A stretch of 64,000 nucleotides of DNA from a virus, in the IMG/VR virus record IMGVR_UViG_3300042402_005180, positions 1 through 64,000 of that record; one strand, given 5' to 3'. The notes under the pieces are model-generated. The model did no database searches and was not told the origin of the DNA. It saw nothing but the letters and a program-made list of their open reading frames with translations. A program made the position numbers and the translations under genes. Positions 36,893 to 46,468 of the stretch are shown in pieces. Each line of letters starts with the position of its first letter. Position 1 is the first letter of the stretch.

Positions 36893-38542
36893 ATGAGAAA
36901 AAGAAAAGTATTATTTGTAACAGAGGCATCTTTTATGCCGACTGGATATTCAGTTTATACAAAAGAAGTTTTATCAAGACTTCATAAGCATCCAGAATTA
37001 GAAGTTGCAGAACTGGCGTGTTTTACAACTCAAAAAGCAGAAGAAATTAAATCAGTTCCTTGGAAAGTATATGCCAATGTTCCTGATCCAGAGAATCAAG
37101 AACATAACAATATATATAATTCTAGCATGACAAATAAGTTTGGAGATTTTACATTTAATCATGTATTAATAGATTTTCAGCCAGATTTTGTTATGGATAT
37201 TCGTGACTGGTGGATGCTGGAATTTGAAGAGAGATCTCCATTTAGAGACTTCTTTAACTGGGCTATAATGCCAACAGTTGATGCAGAGCCACAAAATATT
37301 TCATGGATTGATACATATTCTACTGCTGATGCGGTTTTTTCATATTCTGAATTTGGTAGAGATACCATGCTTCAACAGTCAAAAAATATAAATTTTATAG
37401 ATGTAGCATCTCCTTGCGCAAGTAATAGCTTTCATCCTATAAAAGATAAAAAAGCTCTAAGAAATGAATTTGGACTAAAGGACGATATTACTATTTTTGG
37501 AACAGTTATGCGCAACCAAAGACGCAAATTGTATCCAGATTTATTTAAGGCATTTAGATTATTCTTAAATGAAAACCCCTCACTAACAAATGTATATCTA
37601 TATTGCCATACAGCATATCCAGATGTTGGTTGGGATATTCCAGATTTAATTAAAGAAAATGAACTGGGTAATAAAGTTTTACTAACTTATAAGTGCAGAA
37701 AGTGCAATAAGATCAGTTCTCTATTCTTTAATGATGCTGTTACATTTTGCAATTCATGCGGAGCATATGCTTCATGCCCAGTCGGAATTCAAAATAAAAT
37801 TGAAGAAAGCGATCTTAATAAAGTTTACAATCTTTTTGATGTATATATTCAATGGGCAAATAGCGAAGGTTGGGGAATGCCCCAACTTGAAGCAGCTCAT
37901 GCGGGGCTTCCAATAGTCTCTGTTCACTACTCTGCTATGCAGTCTCTTATTGATAATATCGAAGGAATTGGAATTAAGCCAATCGGATTTTATAAAGAGC
38001 TAGAAACAGGATGCATGAGAGCAGTGCCTGATAATCAATCTTTAGCTAATATAATTCGTGATTTATCAGTAGATACAGCTAAGAGAAATTATATAGCAAA
38101 TAAGTGCTATGTTAATTCAAAAAATATTTACGATTGGGATTTTACTGCAAATAAATGGTTGAAGTATTTCTTAGCAGCTCCATTAAAAGATCCTAAGACA
38201 ACTTGGCTTTCTCCTCCTAGATTTTTTAATCCAGCAAGAGAAGTTCCTGAGCAAGTAAAAAATATTTCAATTGCCGATCAAGTAAATTGGCTATTTATGA
38301 ATGTACTTGGAAAACCAGAACTTTTAAATAAAAGCATATGGAAGCGAATGTGTAAAGATCTGATTTATAGATCAACAATGTCGTCTATTATACCGGGTTA
38401 TTATTATAACGAGTATTCTCATCCAGATATGGAGAAAAGATTTGAAGAGTTTAACATTCAAAAGGCTTTTGAAAATTGTTTGAACATGAGAAATTCTATT
38501 AATGAATGGGAAAAAGTAAGAGTTCAAAGGATTAGCAAATGA
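36893..38542 (+). CDS. GT4-family glycosyltransferase with zinc-ribbon insert
   Basis: PTGYS, RNQRRK, CRKC...CNSC, EGWGMPQLEAAHAGLP. Confidence 0.88.
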   Translation: MRKRKVLFVTEASFMPTGYSVYTKEVLSRLHKHPELEVAELACFTTQKAEEIKSVPWKVYANVPDPENQEHNNIYNSSMTNKFGDFTFNHVLIDFQPDFVMDIRDWWMLEFEERSPFRDFFNWAIMPTVDAEPQNISWIDTYSTADAVFSYSEFGRDTMLQQSKNINFIDVASPCASNSFHPIKDKKALRNEFGLKDDITIFGTVMRNQRRKLYPDLFKAFRLFLNENPSLTNVYLYCHTAYPDVGWDIPDLIKENELGNKVLLTYKCRKCNKISSLFFNDAVTFCNSCGAYASCPVGIQNKIEESDLNKVYNLFDVYIQWANSEGWGMPQLEAAHAGLPIVSVHYSAMQSLIDNIEGIGIKPIGFYKELETGCMRAVPDNQSLANIIRDLSVDTAKRNYIANKCYVNSKNIYDWDFTANKWLKYFLAAPLKDPKTTWLSPPRFFNPAREVPEQVKNISIADQVNWLFMNVLGKPELLNKSIWKRMCKDLIYRSTMSSIIPGYYYNEYSHPDMEKRFEEFNIQKAFENCLNMRNSINEWEKVRVQRISK

Positions 38543-39621
38543 AGATAAAATATATTGGAAATTTTAATGATGGCACAGGGTGGGCAAAAGCTGCTACATA
38601 TAATGCTCTTGCTCTTGCCTCTGCTGGACATGATATATATTGCGAAGAATTTAAATATAATCAAATGTCAGTTATGCTAGAGCCTGAAATTCAAAATTTA
38701 ACAGAAAAAAAATCTGATAAATATGATGCTGTAGTTTATCACTTATTGCCTACTGATTATAGATATGATTCATCTGTAAAAAATATTGGTTTTGTTTCTT
38801 TGGAGACTCTGACTTTATCATCTGTTCCTTGGCTTAAAAAAATTAGCATGATGGATGAGATTTGGGTTCCAAATAACGCATCTAAACGGTGTCTTATTAA
38901 TTCTGGAATTGAAAACGATAAAATTAAAGTTTTTCCACATACTTTTAATTTTTATAAAACTTTGGAAGTGGCTCAAAATAGCAAAACACAAAAAGAACTT
39001 AGCGGCACTTTTAATTTTGTTTTTAACGGGGAATTCACTAAAAGAAAAAATTTAGAAGCTCTTTTATTTGCGTTTCATAATGAATTTGATTTTATTGAGC
39101 CTGTAAATGTATTTATAAAAACATCAAAAAATCCAAATCAGGTAATTGATTTTTGCAATGCTGTAAAAACAAGAATGAAAAAAAGAGGCAAGTACAAGAG
39201 TGAAATAGTGGCAACCGGATATATGAGCGAAGCTGATTTATTCGGGGTCATCAAAAACTGTCATGCGTTTGTTATGCCAAGCTATGGAGAAGCGTGGTGC
39301 TATCCCGCACTTGAAGCAATGACATTTGGAATTCCTCCTATTTATACAAAAGGAATCGGAATAGAAGATTTTGATAGTTCAGGATTTTTTGTTGATTCCA
39401 GAGTTACTCCTTGTTATGGCGCAAATGATACATTCGACTTTTTATATACATCGGATGATTTCTGGCTTGAAATTGATATAATGGACTTACAAAAAAAACT
39501 AAGACAAGTTTATGAGCTACAAGCCAATCCGAAAGAATTTAACTCGCTTAAAGAAATATGCACTATGCGTGCTAAACAATTTCATTTTACAAATACAGAA
39601 ATTACCAGAGGAATTATATGA
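38539..39621 (+). CDS. GT4-family glycosyltransferase
   Basis: TGWAKA, DEIWVP, RKNLEALL, PSYGEAWCYPALEAM. Confidence 0.88.
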   Translation: MKIKYIGNFNDGTGWAKAATYNALALASAGHDIYCEEFKYNQMSVMLEPEIQNLTEKKSDKYDAVVYHLLPTDYRYDSSVKNIGFVSLETLTLSSVPWLKKISMMDEIWVPNNASKRCLINSGIENDKIKVFPHTFNFYKTLEVAQNSKTQKELSGTFNFVFNGEFTKRKNLEALLFAFHNEFDFIEPVNVFIKTSKNPNQVIDFCNAVKTRMKKRGKYKSEIVATGYMSEADLFGVIKNCHAFVMPSYGEAWCYPALEAMTFGIPPIYTKGIGIEDFDSSGFFVDSRVTPCYGANDTFDFLYTSDDFWLEIDIMDLQKKLRQVYELQANPKEFNSLKEICTMRAKQFHFTNTEITRGII

Positions 39622-40037
39622 AAGTTTATATTGGAAACAGATCGGTTGACTCGCCAGAATATAAAAACTTAACAGAAGTTGAAATGCTCAAGTATATCGC
39701 TGATGATTCTGAATGCACTTCTATTATACTAGATGGGGTTTTAAAAGGTCTGGCAATTAGTGAAATCCCACCAGTTTTAAATTTAATAGTTAGTAAGCTC
39801 AGAAATAAGGGCGAAATTATTATTAATGATTTGGATTTTGATCTTCTTGTATTTGCTCATAGAAAACAAAATAATTTGTTTGAATTGAATAAAATGGTTG
39901 AAAGTTTTGGGGGATTTAAGTCATTTATAACTTATGAATTAATTTCCGATGTAATGAAAAATTTTAACAACATTCAACTTTTATCTATTAATATAGACAA
40001 CTTGGAATTTAGACTTACATATCAGAAATCACTATGA
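39618..40037 (+). CDS. Degenerate class I methyltransferase-like protein
   Basis: IILDGVL...SKLRNKGEIIINDLDF resembles the Methyltransf_11 C-terminal half; SAM motif is weak. Confidence 0.4.
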   Translation: MKVYIGNRSVDSPEYKNLTEVEMLKYIADDSECTSIILDGVLKGLAISEIPPVLNLIVSKLRNKGEIIINDLDFDLLVFAHRKQNNLFELNKMVESFGGFKSFITYELISDVMKNFNNIQLLSINIDNLEFRLTYQKSL

Positions 40038-40756
40038 ATATAAATATATTTTCTTGCGAAAACTGCTGCAATGCTAAAATGCAAAACGAAAATCAAGTCG
40101 GTTGCAATTTAGATAAACTAAAAAAAATACCACACGCTTTTAACGAAACTAATAAATTTTTTGATTTACAGAAAGTTTGTCAGTATAAAAATAAAACAGA
40201 AGATGAGATTTTTATTAAGTTTGGATATATTTTTATACTTGACGATAAAGATAATCTAGATATCTTAAAAGAAAATATAAAAGCAGTTGTAAAACTAAAG
40301 CCAATGTGGATAGGAATAAGTAATGACTTTCCAGAAATTGGAAACGAAATAAACGACCAATTAGTTAATTGTCAAATTCCATATAATATTATTTCAAACT
40401 ATGAAAAAATAGCGGGAGATATTTATAGACTTGATCAATTCATGAACAGCTATAAAAACGGATGGACTTTTGTAAATATTGCTGGAAAAGAACTAGATAC
40501 AAATCTATTAAACGTGTTAAATGGATATGTAAATGATTTTAATTCATTAGGTCTAGTAACCCATGATTGCGATTCTATAAATGGATTTGCATTTTTTAAC
40601 ATGATTTTTAAATATTTAAAGGGCAACTATCCATCTATCCTAGATGATGAAACAGTAGTAGAAAAAACTTTTATTGAAAAAATTATGGAAACATCACCAC
40701 AAATGAAAAAGAATTGGAAGGATTTATATGAAGTCTACAGTAATTCTAGCAGTTAA
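40034..40756 (+). CDS. Hypothetical protein with N-terminal Cys cluster
   Basis: CENCC...QVGC...C. Confidence 0.65.
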   Translation: MNINIFSCENCCNAKMQNENQVGCNLDKLKKIPHAFNETNKFFDLQKVCQYKNKTEDEIFIKFGYIFILDDKDNLDILKENIKAVVKLKPMWIGISNDFPEIGNEINDQLVNCQIPYNIISNYEKIAGDIYRLDQFMNSYKNGWTFVNIAGKELDTNLLNVLNGYVNDFNSLGLVTHDCDSINGFAFFNMIFKYLKGNYPSILDDETVVEKTFIEKIMETSPQMKKNWKDLYEVYSNSSS

Positions 40757-41330
40757 TGATCAAGAAAATATTGCCGCTTCTATACTAAGCGTATTAGAAA
40801 GTAATAAAAAGCCTGATAATTTTTGTATTGCACTAAATGAATCTAGCTCAGATAAAGTAAAAGCAGTAGTAACTTCGTTTTTTAAAAGCTGTTGTGATGG
40901 GTCTTTTTATACAGAAGAACACAACAAAGATTTTGTGCTTTCAAAGAAAAATGATTTTGAAATTAATATGATTAGTATATTATCAAAAAATCCTATTGCG
41001 GACTGCTATGACTATATTAAAAATGAGACAGATATATTTTTTACAATGGGCCATAAAACAGTTTATAAAAAAGAATATATTGAAAGAGTATTAGATTTAT
41101 TTGATAATATTACTGGAGCTGTTTATACTGATTTTTATATAAATGGCAGAAGAACATATCTGGAATCAATGCATCCTTTTAATAGCAATCTTAATAATGT
41201 TCAAGAGTTAGCTTTTAAGAAAGAAATTCTAGATGCTACACCCAAGTTTTTTCACGCTCCAGAAATTATATCAAAAGCATATTCAAAATCAATTATAAGA
41301 AATATTCCAGAAGCATTGTATTTACTATGA
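40728..41330 (+). CDS. Degenerate GT2-like protein
   Basis: VILAVN...SILSVL...SSD...GAVYTDF...IPEAL follow a GT-A layout, but no DxD. Confidence 0.5.
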   Translation: MKSTVILAVNDQENIAASILSVLESNKKPDNFCIALNESSSDKVKAVVTSFFKSCCDGSFYTEEHNKDFVLSKKNDFEINMISILSKNPIADCYDYIKNETDIFFTMGHKTVYKKEYIERVLDLFDNITGAVYTDFYINGRRTYLESMHPFNSNLNNVQELAFKKEILDATPKFFHAPEIISKAYSKSIIRNIPEALYLL

Positions 41331-42025
41331 ATAAGCATATAAGAAAAATTAAGGGGAAGAACTTCTCTGATTTGCAAATATGTGTTCTTGCCGCTGGAAT
41401 AGGAGCAAGGACAAAATCTTATGAGCCAAGATGTCTATTAAAATATGATGGAAAAATCATTTTAGATAATCAAATAGATGTTTTATCAGAAGTTTTTCCT
41501 AAAGCTGAATTAAGTATTGTTGGTGGATATGATATTAACAGGATAATAAAAAAAAATAATAAAAGAGCAAGGATAATTGAAAATCAAATATATCAAGATA
41601 CTAATAGCGGCGAAAGTTTAAAATTAGCTGTTAACAACTCTTTATTAGAAAATATGATATTTATTCATGGTGATCTAGTTATATCCACTGAAATTTTTAA
41701 TTATGTAACAATGGAAAATTCTTTCATACTTACTGATAGTCGAAATAAATTTGAAGAAAAAGAAGTGGGAGTAACTATTGTTAATGGTTATGCAACTGTG
41801 CTATCTTATAATTTGCCAACAAAATGGTGTCAAATAGCATATCTAGGAACAAACGAGCTTAATATTTTTAAAAAGCTATTAAGTAAACAAGACTTCAACA
41901 CTAAATATTTGCTAACATTTGAAATATTAAATAAGATTTTAGAGAATGGTGGATCTTTTAAGTGTTTTGATATAGGAAACGGGTTCATAAAAGAAATAGA
42001 TAATTTAAAGGACATTAGCCAATGA
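41327..42025 (+). CDS. Nucleotidyltransferase (LicC / sugar-phosphate NTP transferase-like)
   Basis: LAAGIGAR...PRCLL, VGGY, TNSGESL, IHGDL, EIDNLKD. Confidence 0.85.
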   Translation: MNKHIRKIKGKNFSDLQICVLAAGIGARTKSYEPRCLLKYDGKIILDNQIDVLSEVFPKAELSIVGGYDINRIIKKNNKRARIIENQIYQDTNSGESLKLAVNNSLLENMIFIHGDLVISTEIFNYVTMENSFILTDSRNKFEEKEVGVTIVNGYATVLSYNLPTKWCQIAYLGTNELNIFKKLLSKQDFNTKYLLTFEILNKILENGGSFKCFDIGNGFIKEIDNLKDISQ

Positions 42026-42774
42026 AATTGTTAGTAGATAAAACTTTAATATCATATGCAACTCCAGTTGTATTTTCTGGATTTTCAGCGTCTCAACATA
42101 ATAGTCAGATCATGTCAACCTTTGATACATTTGATTCGTATGAGCCAGATATTTATTTAGCCGATCCAGATCTTTTAAATAATACAACGTATAAAGCTCT
42201 TGAAGAAAGGCCGCACTTAAGAGTTTGTGTAATCCAAAAAGAAGGAACTGAACATCCTAAAAAAGCGGAATTTAAAGAAAGATTTGGAAATCTATACGAA
42301 TGGATTATCGATTCGGGACATGGCGATTTATATTTATATAGTAACCCATCTTTTATAGAAGAATATAAATCTGACCTAGTTTCAATTGAAAATGGTATAA
42401 AAGATTTCTTAGAAAACTTAGAAATCCCCGATTCACTAGTATTTAGAATTTTTTCAAATCAACTAATCTATAATAAAAGATATTGCGGAATAGTACCAGA
42501 GCCAGTCAACAAAAATATTTATAAATCATCAAAATATAGCATTTCTTTAAATAGCAATACGTATAATTCATTACTATGTGATTGCTATCCAATTAAACCC
42601 GAAGAGTTCACTATCGATACTCTGTACACTGATAAGCAAAAAGAAGTAAAAGAATTAAAAGAAAAAGTTATTGAAGAAAAGACAAATTTTCATTTCGTAG
42701 CAAATATTTTAAACATTTTAGGGCTTGATAAAGAATCAAAAATAATTTTATATAAAATGAAGGAGCTTCTATGA
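42022..42774 (+). CDS. Hypothetical protein (possibly a GT-B-derived fragment)
   Basis: Coupled ORF in glycan cluster; EPDIYL. Confidence 0.55.
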   Translation: MKLLVDKTLISYATPVVFSGFSASQHNSQIMSTFDTFDSYEPDIYLADPDLLNNTTYKALEERPHLRVCVIQKEGTEHPKKAEFKERFGNLYEWIIDSGHGDLYLYSNPSFIEEYKSDLVSIENGIKDFLENLEIPDSLVFRIFSNQLIYNKRYCGIVPEPVNKNIYKSSKYSISLNSNTYNSLLCDCYPIKPEEFTIDTLYTDKQKEVKELKEKVIEEKTNFHFVANILNILGLDKESKIILYKMKELL

Positions 42775-43217
42775 ATATTGGATTTATTGTAAATAATCTT
42801 GCAAACTCGGAACAAACTTGCGAAATTTTCAATTTAGTAAACAAGATTTCTTTGGGGAGTAATAAGTATATTCCACAAATATTTTTTCAAAATGTATTAA
42901 ATCAAGTGTTACCGCCTCCTTGTTTATGCATGAACATTACAGGGATTTCCAACTTTAAAGGAAAAGCAGTTGCTTTTGGATTAGACTCTGCTCAGGTTCT
43001 TTTCAACAACAATGCTAATACAGAAAACTGGCTAGTGTTATGGGACTTGCCTTGGTTATATAATTCTATAAATTATCCTGTTTGTATAAACCTAATGAAA
43101 AAATTTAAATTAGTAGTACGAAGCGAAGACCATAAAGAAATCGTTAAAAATTTTACAGGCAGAGATGATATTTTAATTGCTAAAAATTCGGATGAGTTAT
43201 TAAAATGTTTGATATAA
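42771..43217 (+). CDS. Hypothetical protein (GT-B N-domain-like)
   Basis: MNIGFIV...LWDLPW...VVRSEDH; AAGGAG RBS. Confidence 0.55.
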   Translation: MNIGFIVNNLANSEQTCEIFNLVNKISLGSNKYIPQIFFQNVLNQVLPPPCLCMNITGISNFKGKAVAFGLDSAQVLFNNNANTENWLVLWDLPWLYNSINYPVCINLMKKFKLVVRSEDHKEIVKNFTGRDDILIAKNSDELLKCLI

Positions 43218-43981
43218 AAAAAATATGCGATATGTATGACGAGAATAATAGCATAAGAGAAATCGCTTCAGCTCTAAATACATATCCAAACAAGATAGCT
43301 CGAATACTAAAAAAAGCGGGCAAGGAACTAAGATCAAAAAGAGAAGCTGGTAAAATAGCTGTTGATCAAGGTAAAATAAAACCACCTATGCTTGGTAAGA
43401 AAAGAAGTGAAGAAGAAAAAAGCAATATTGCAGCCAAAAGATCAAAAAAATGGAAAGAGATGTCAGAAGAAGATTTGGAAGCGTTTAGAAAAAATGCTAA
43501 AGATAGATGGGAATCTCAAACAGAGCAAGAAAAAGATTATAGACAGCAAAAAGCTGGAGAGGCTCTTAAAAAGGCAAGTGTAGAAGGTTCAAAGGCTGAA
43601 AAATATCTTTATAGAGAGTTGACAAAAGCGGGTTATGATGTTATAATGCATAAGACGGGTCTTATTCCCGGAGAAAAGTATGAAATTGATTTATATATTC
43701 CGTCAATGATGGTGGCTATTGAAATAGATGGCCCTCAGCATTTTTTCCCCATATACGGAGAAAAAAACTTGAACCGTAATATAAAATATGATTCCATAAA
43801 AAATGGTGCATTAATTTCAAGAGGAATATGTGTTCTAAGAATAAAATATTTGCATAAGCACAATTCTCGCACAATCAATAAAAAGCTCTTTTCTCTTATT
43901 TTGGGTGAACTAAACAAAATTAAAAATAAATTTCCAGATTTGCAAAATAGACTAATAGAATTGGAGATGGATGATGTTTGA
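43205..43981 (+). CDS. HTH + NUMOD3-like + Vsr/DUF559 endonuclease (homing-endonuclease architecture)
   Basis: SIREIA HTH, GKKRSEEEK, SKAEKYL...EIDLYIP...AIEIDGPQH. Confidence 0.75.
   Translation: MFDIKKICDMYDENNSIREIASALNTYPNKIARILKKAGKELRSKREAGKIAVDQGKIKPPMLGKKRSEEEKSNIAAKRSKKWKEMSEEDLEAFRKNAKDRWESQTEQEKDYRQQKAGEALKKASVEGSKAEKYLYRELTKAGYDVIMHKTGLIPGEKYEIDLYIPSMMVAIEIDGPQHFFPIYGEKNLNRNIKYDSIKNGALISRGICVLRIKYLHKHNSRTINKKLFSLILGELNKIKNKFPDLQNRLIELEMDDV
43619..43647 (+). promoter_or_regulatory. Consensus sigma70 promoter (intragenic)
   Basis: TTGACA-17-TATAAT with TGn. Confidence 0.7.
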
Positions 43982-44768
43982 AGAAAAAGAAGATTTCTTT
44001 GGTAGTACAGAAAAAGATAATGATATTTTTGATTTGTCTTCAATAGAAAAAGTTGAAATAGTCAAAGATCCGAATGAACCAGACCAACTATCTCCTGAAT
44101 GGCATGACTATGTTATGTCTAAGTTCACTGACTATGAACTTGTAGAAATAAACGGAGAAAAGTATCCAAATTGTTATGGACTAAGAAGAGTTGTGGAATT
44201 GCTAATTGGAAATATTGTAGAGAGCAAACCAACTAATCTTATTGTTTCTCCTGATTCTACCGGAAGCAATCCGGGGCGAGTAACTTGTATTTATGAAGTT
44301 ACTATTAGAGATTTTGAAACAGGGCAACTTAAAAAATATGGCGATGTTGCAGAAGTATTTTCTCTTAACTGCGACGATCTTTTCCTTGCTTATCCTGCGG
44401 CAACTGCTGTCACCCGTGCAGAAGGCCGCTGCTTGCGTAAATTGCTCAAGGTGCGATGTGTGGCAGCAGAAGAGCTTACTCGCAATAAGAACGTAGGAGA
44501 GGCCGTTAAAGCCGTTATAAAGAGTGTTCCAACAGATGGCTCTTATCAGGAGCAAGATCCTATTAGCGGCGCACAAATCAAAGCTGTCGAGAGTCGATGT
44601 AATATCTTGGGAATTGATATTATGAAATTTATCAACAGTTATGAAGAAGGTAAGACATATAGCAAGCTAGAAGATGTTCGTAAAAAAACAGCGATCACCA
44701 TGATTGGCTTACTAAATGATTATCAGAATAATAAAACACCAATTCCTACAAATATATTGAAAGGGTAG
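43971..44768 (+). CDS. Rad52/Sak-like single-strand annealing protein
   Basis: GLRR...ATAVTRAEGRCLRKLL...AAEEL; C-terminal ISGAQIK helical module. Confidence 0.55.
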   Translation: MMFEEKEDFFGSTEKDNDIFDLSSIEKVEIVKDPNEPDQLSPEWHDYVMSKFTDYELVEINGEKYPNCYGLRRVVELLIGNIVESKPTNLIVSPDSTGSNPGRVTCIYEVTIRDFETGQLKKYGDVAEVFSLNCDDLFLAYPAATAVTRAEGRCLRKLLKVRCVAAEELTRNKNVGEAVKAVIKSVPTDGSYQEQDPISGAQIKAVESRCNILGIDIMKFINSYEEGKTYSKLEDVRKKTAITMIGLLNDYQNNKTPIPTNILKG

Positions 44769-44770
44769 TA

Positions 44771-45112
44771 ATGAGTTTTACAATCACAAAAGGTCCAAAT
44801 GGAATTTCTATTGCCGCAACTGGCGATACTCATAAAGATGTATTTTCTCAAATTGCTGATTTGGAAGAAGTTTTTGGAGTTCAAAAGTGTGGCAAATGTC
44901 AGTGTCCAGATATTAGATTTGTTGTCAGAACAGTTGATGACAACGATTACTATGAATTCCAGTGTAAAAATCTAAAGTGTAGAGCTAAGTTAGCTTTTGG
45001 CCAAAATAAAAAAGGCGGAGGACTATTTCCAAAACGCAAAGATAAGGATGATAACTGGTTGCCAGATAGCGGCTGGATGCGATGGGATAAAGAAAATAAT
45101 AAAGAAATATAA
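44771..45112 (+). CDS. Zinc-ribbon protein
   Basis: CGKC...YYEFQC...CRAKLAFGQ..KGGGLFPKRK. Confidence 0.7.
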   Translation: MSFTITKGPNGISIAATGDTHKDVFSQIADLEEVFGVQKCGKCQCPDIRFVVRTVDDNDYYEFQCKNLKCRAKLAFGQNKKGGGLFPKRKDKDDNWLPDSGWMRWDKENNKEI

Positions 45113-45114
45113 AC

Positions 45115-45145
45115 AAAAAAGCCCCGGTAAAACGGGGCTTTTTTT
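45115..45145. terminator. Bidirectional intrinsic terminator at the convergence of the two genome arms
   Basis: A6-GCCCCG-GTAAAA-CGGGGC-T7. Confidence 0.92.
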
Positions 45146-45242
45146 ATATCGATATAACCTACCGCCGTTCGTATTCGGTTATATTACGAGAATGAGTCGT
45201 GACTCGAAACGGCAAAAAGGCCACCAGCTATTCTCTCGATAT
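45146..45242 (-). ncRNA. Candidate structured RNA (multi-pseudoknot) in the 3' UTR of the tail operon
   Basis: GC-elevated 97-nt non-coding stretch with five perfect 5-8 bp complementary pairs; family not identified. Confidence 0.45.
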
Positions 45243-46213
45243 TATAGATATTCTAAGCTAACATAAAGACCATAGTTTGTTTTACTACCAATACTCAACG
45301 GAGAAGCAGATAAAGCAACTCTCCAAGTATGAAGAGTATCATATCCAGTTCCACCATAAGAATTTGCTAAATATGTTCCTGAATTATATGGCCCTAAAGT
45401 TGTGCCAAGTAAACTTGCCTGTTGAGCTGAGTCAATATATTGACTATACTTTGGAACTGCTGATGTTAAAACACCAGTATCAAGACCTTTTCCACCACTT
45501 CCGGGAGAGTCGAGAAGAGGAACAATTAATCCACTTCCACCAACTGTATCAAAACCCGGAATTACTAATGCGGAAATAGCAGAATCGGGATTTCCTGAAC
45601 CATTATTATAATGATAGTCAGTATAATTATAAAATTTTACACCAACTGAGTTCTGATAGTATGGACGAATAGATTTATTTGCACCATATACTGAGCCGCT
45701 TGGCCAAGGTGATCCCCACCAAAAAGCATCACCAAAACACGAGTTTGCACCAACAACTGGAGAGCCAAAATTGCTAACCCAAGTAGCATATGCTTTATTG
45801 TCAAAATTAACAATTTCTGCAACCTTAGTAATGACTCCAGTTGCAGGAGAGTTAATATTAACTCTATCAAAAATTCTTAACTGAGCATTTTGAACTTTTA
45901 CAGCAGAAGTATGAGAAAAATTAATTAAAAGAGTTGCCTGAGAGCTGTTTGCAGTAGCAATTGTTCCTGAAGTTGGAGATATTCCAACAATACATCCAGA
46001 AGCATTTGGTCCAGCAACGGTTCCAAGATATTTTACATTTCTTGCTTCGCCACCATTTGTTGTTCCATTAGAATCTGTAATATAAGTACTATCTTGGTAT
46101 TTTAATGTTGAAACACTTGACCCCCAAGTTGATCCATAAAATCCAAGACCTGAACCTCCTAGCCCAATAACTCCAGAGCTAGAATCTAAAACCGAAAAGT
46201 AAATCGATGCCAT
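45242..46213 (-). CDS. Probable virion structural protein (Gly/Ser-rich)
   Basis: GGAGG RBS; own promoter motif; ends ALSASPLSIGSK...LYVSLEYL. Confidence 0.65.
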   Translation of the reverse strand: MASIYFSVLDSSSGVIGLGGSGLGFYGSTWGSSVSTLKYQDSTYITDSNGTTNGGEARNVKYLGTVAGPNASGCIVGISPTSGTIATANSSQATLLINFSHTSAVKVQNAQLRIFDRVNINSPATGVITKVAEIVNFDNKAYATWVSNFGSPVVGANSCFGDAFWWGSPWPSGSVYGANKSIRPYYQNSVGVKFYNYTDYHYNNGSGNPDSAISALVIPGFDTVGGSGLIVPLLDSPGSGGKGLDTGVLTSAVPKYSQYIDSAQQASLLGTTLGPYNSGTYLANSYGGTGYDTLHTWRVALSASPLSIGSKTNYGLYVSLEYL

Positions 46214-46250
46214 TTAAACCTCCTACGTAGGAAAGAATGATATATCATTA

Positions 46251-46261
46251 TATTATACACA
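46251..46261 (-). promoter_or_regulatory. Phage-specific promoter motif
   Basis: TGTGTATAATA on the - strand 38 nt upstream of ATG 46213. Confidence 0.65.
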
Positions 46262-46468
46262 TTACCACTTATTCAAGGGGCATTTTTCAGAATCCCAAGA
46301 GGCTTTTATTTCTAAATAACATCCACACTCTTTACATTTTGAATTTTCGAATTTATCACAATTATAACAAATGCTAAGTCTTTCATTTTTAATTATTTCG
46401 TCAGCTTTTTTAAATTTATTTGCAGCATGATTAAATAATGACGAAGTAAGATTAAATACTTCTTTCAT
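46262..46468 (-). CDS. DUF6171-like Cys-rich small protein
   Basis: RLSICYNC...CKECGCYL..KASW..EKCPLNKW. Confidence 0.8.
   Translation of the reverse strand: MKEVFNLTSSLFNHAANKFKKADEIIKNERLSICYNCDKFENSKCKECGCYLEIKASWDSEKCPLNKW

Noticed and set aside
36893-39621. Firm call of T4-like DNA glucosylation
   Set aside because: No hydroxymethylase is seen in the window, and strong restriction-site avoidance argues against globally protected DNA; kept only as an open alternative
45167-45210. CRISPR repeat or mini-array (GTTC...GAAAC)
   Set aside because: Single copy, too long and without spacers; a solitary repeat mimic cannot be supported
45164-45213. Hammerhead ribozyme on the + strand (GCCGUU...UGA...GAAACGGC)
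   Set aside because: Core reads AGAAUGA instead of CUGANGA, and the + strand lies beyond the terminator
44997-45266. 89-aa + strand ORF crossing the terminator
   Set aside because: Overlaps a real gene out of frame, spans a strong terminator and has no RBS
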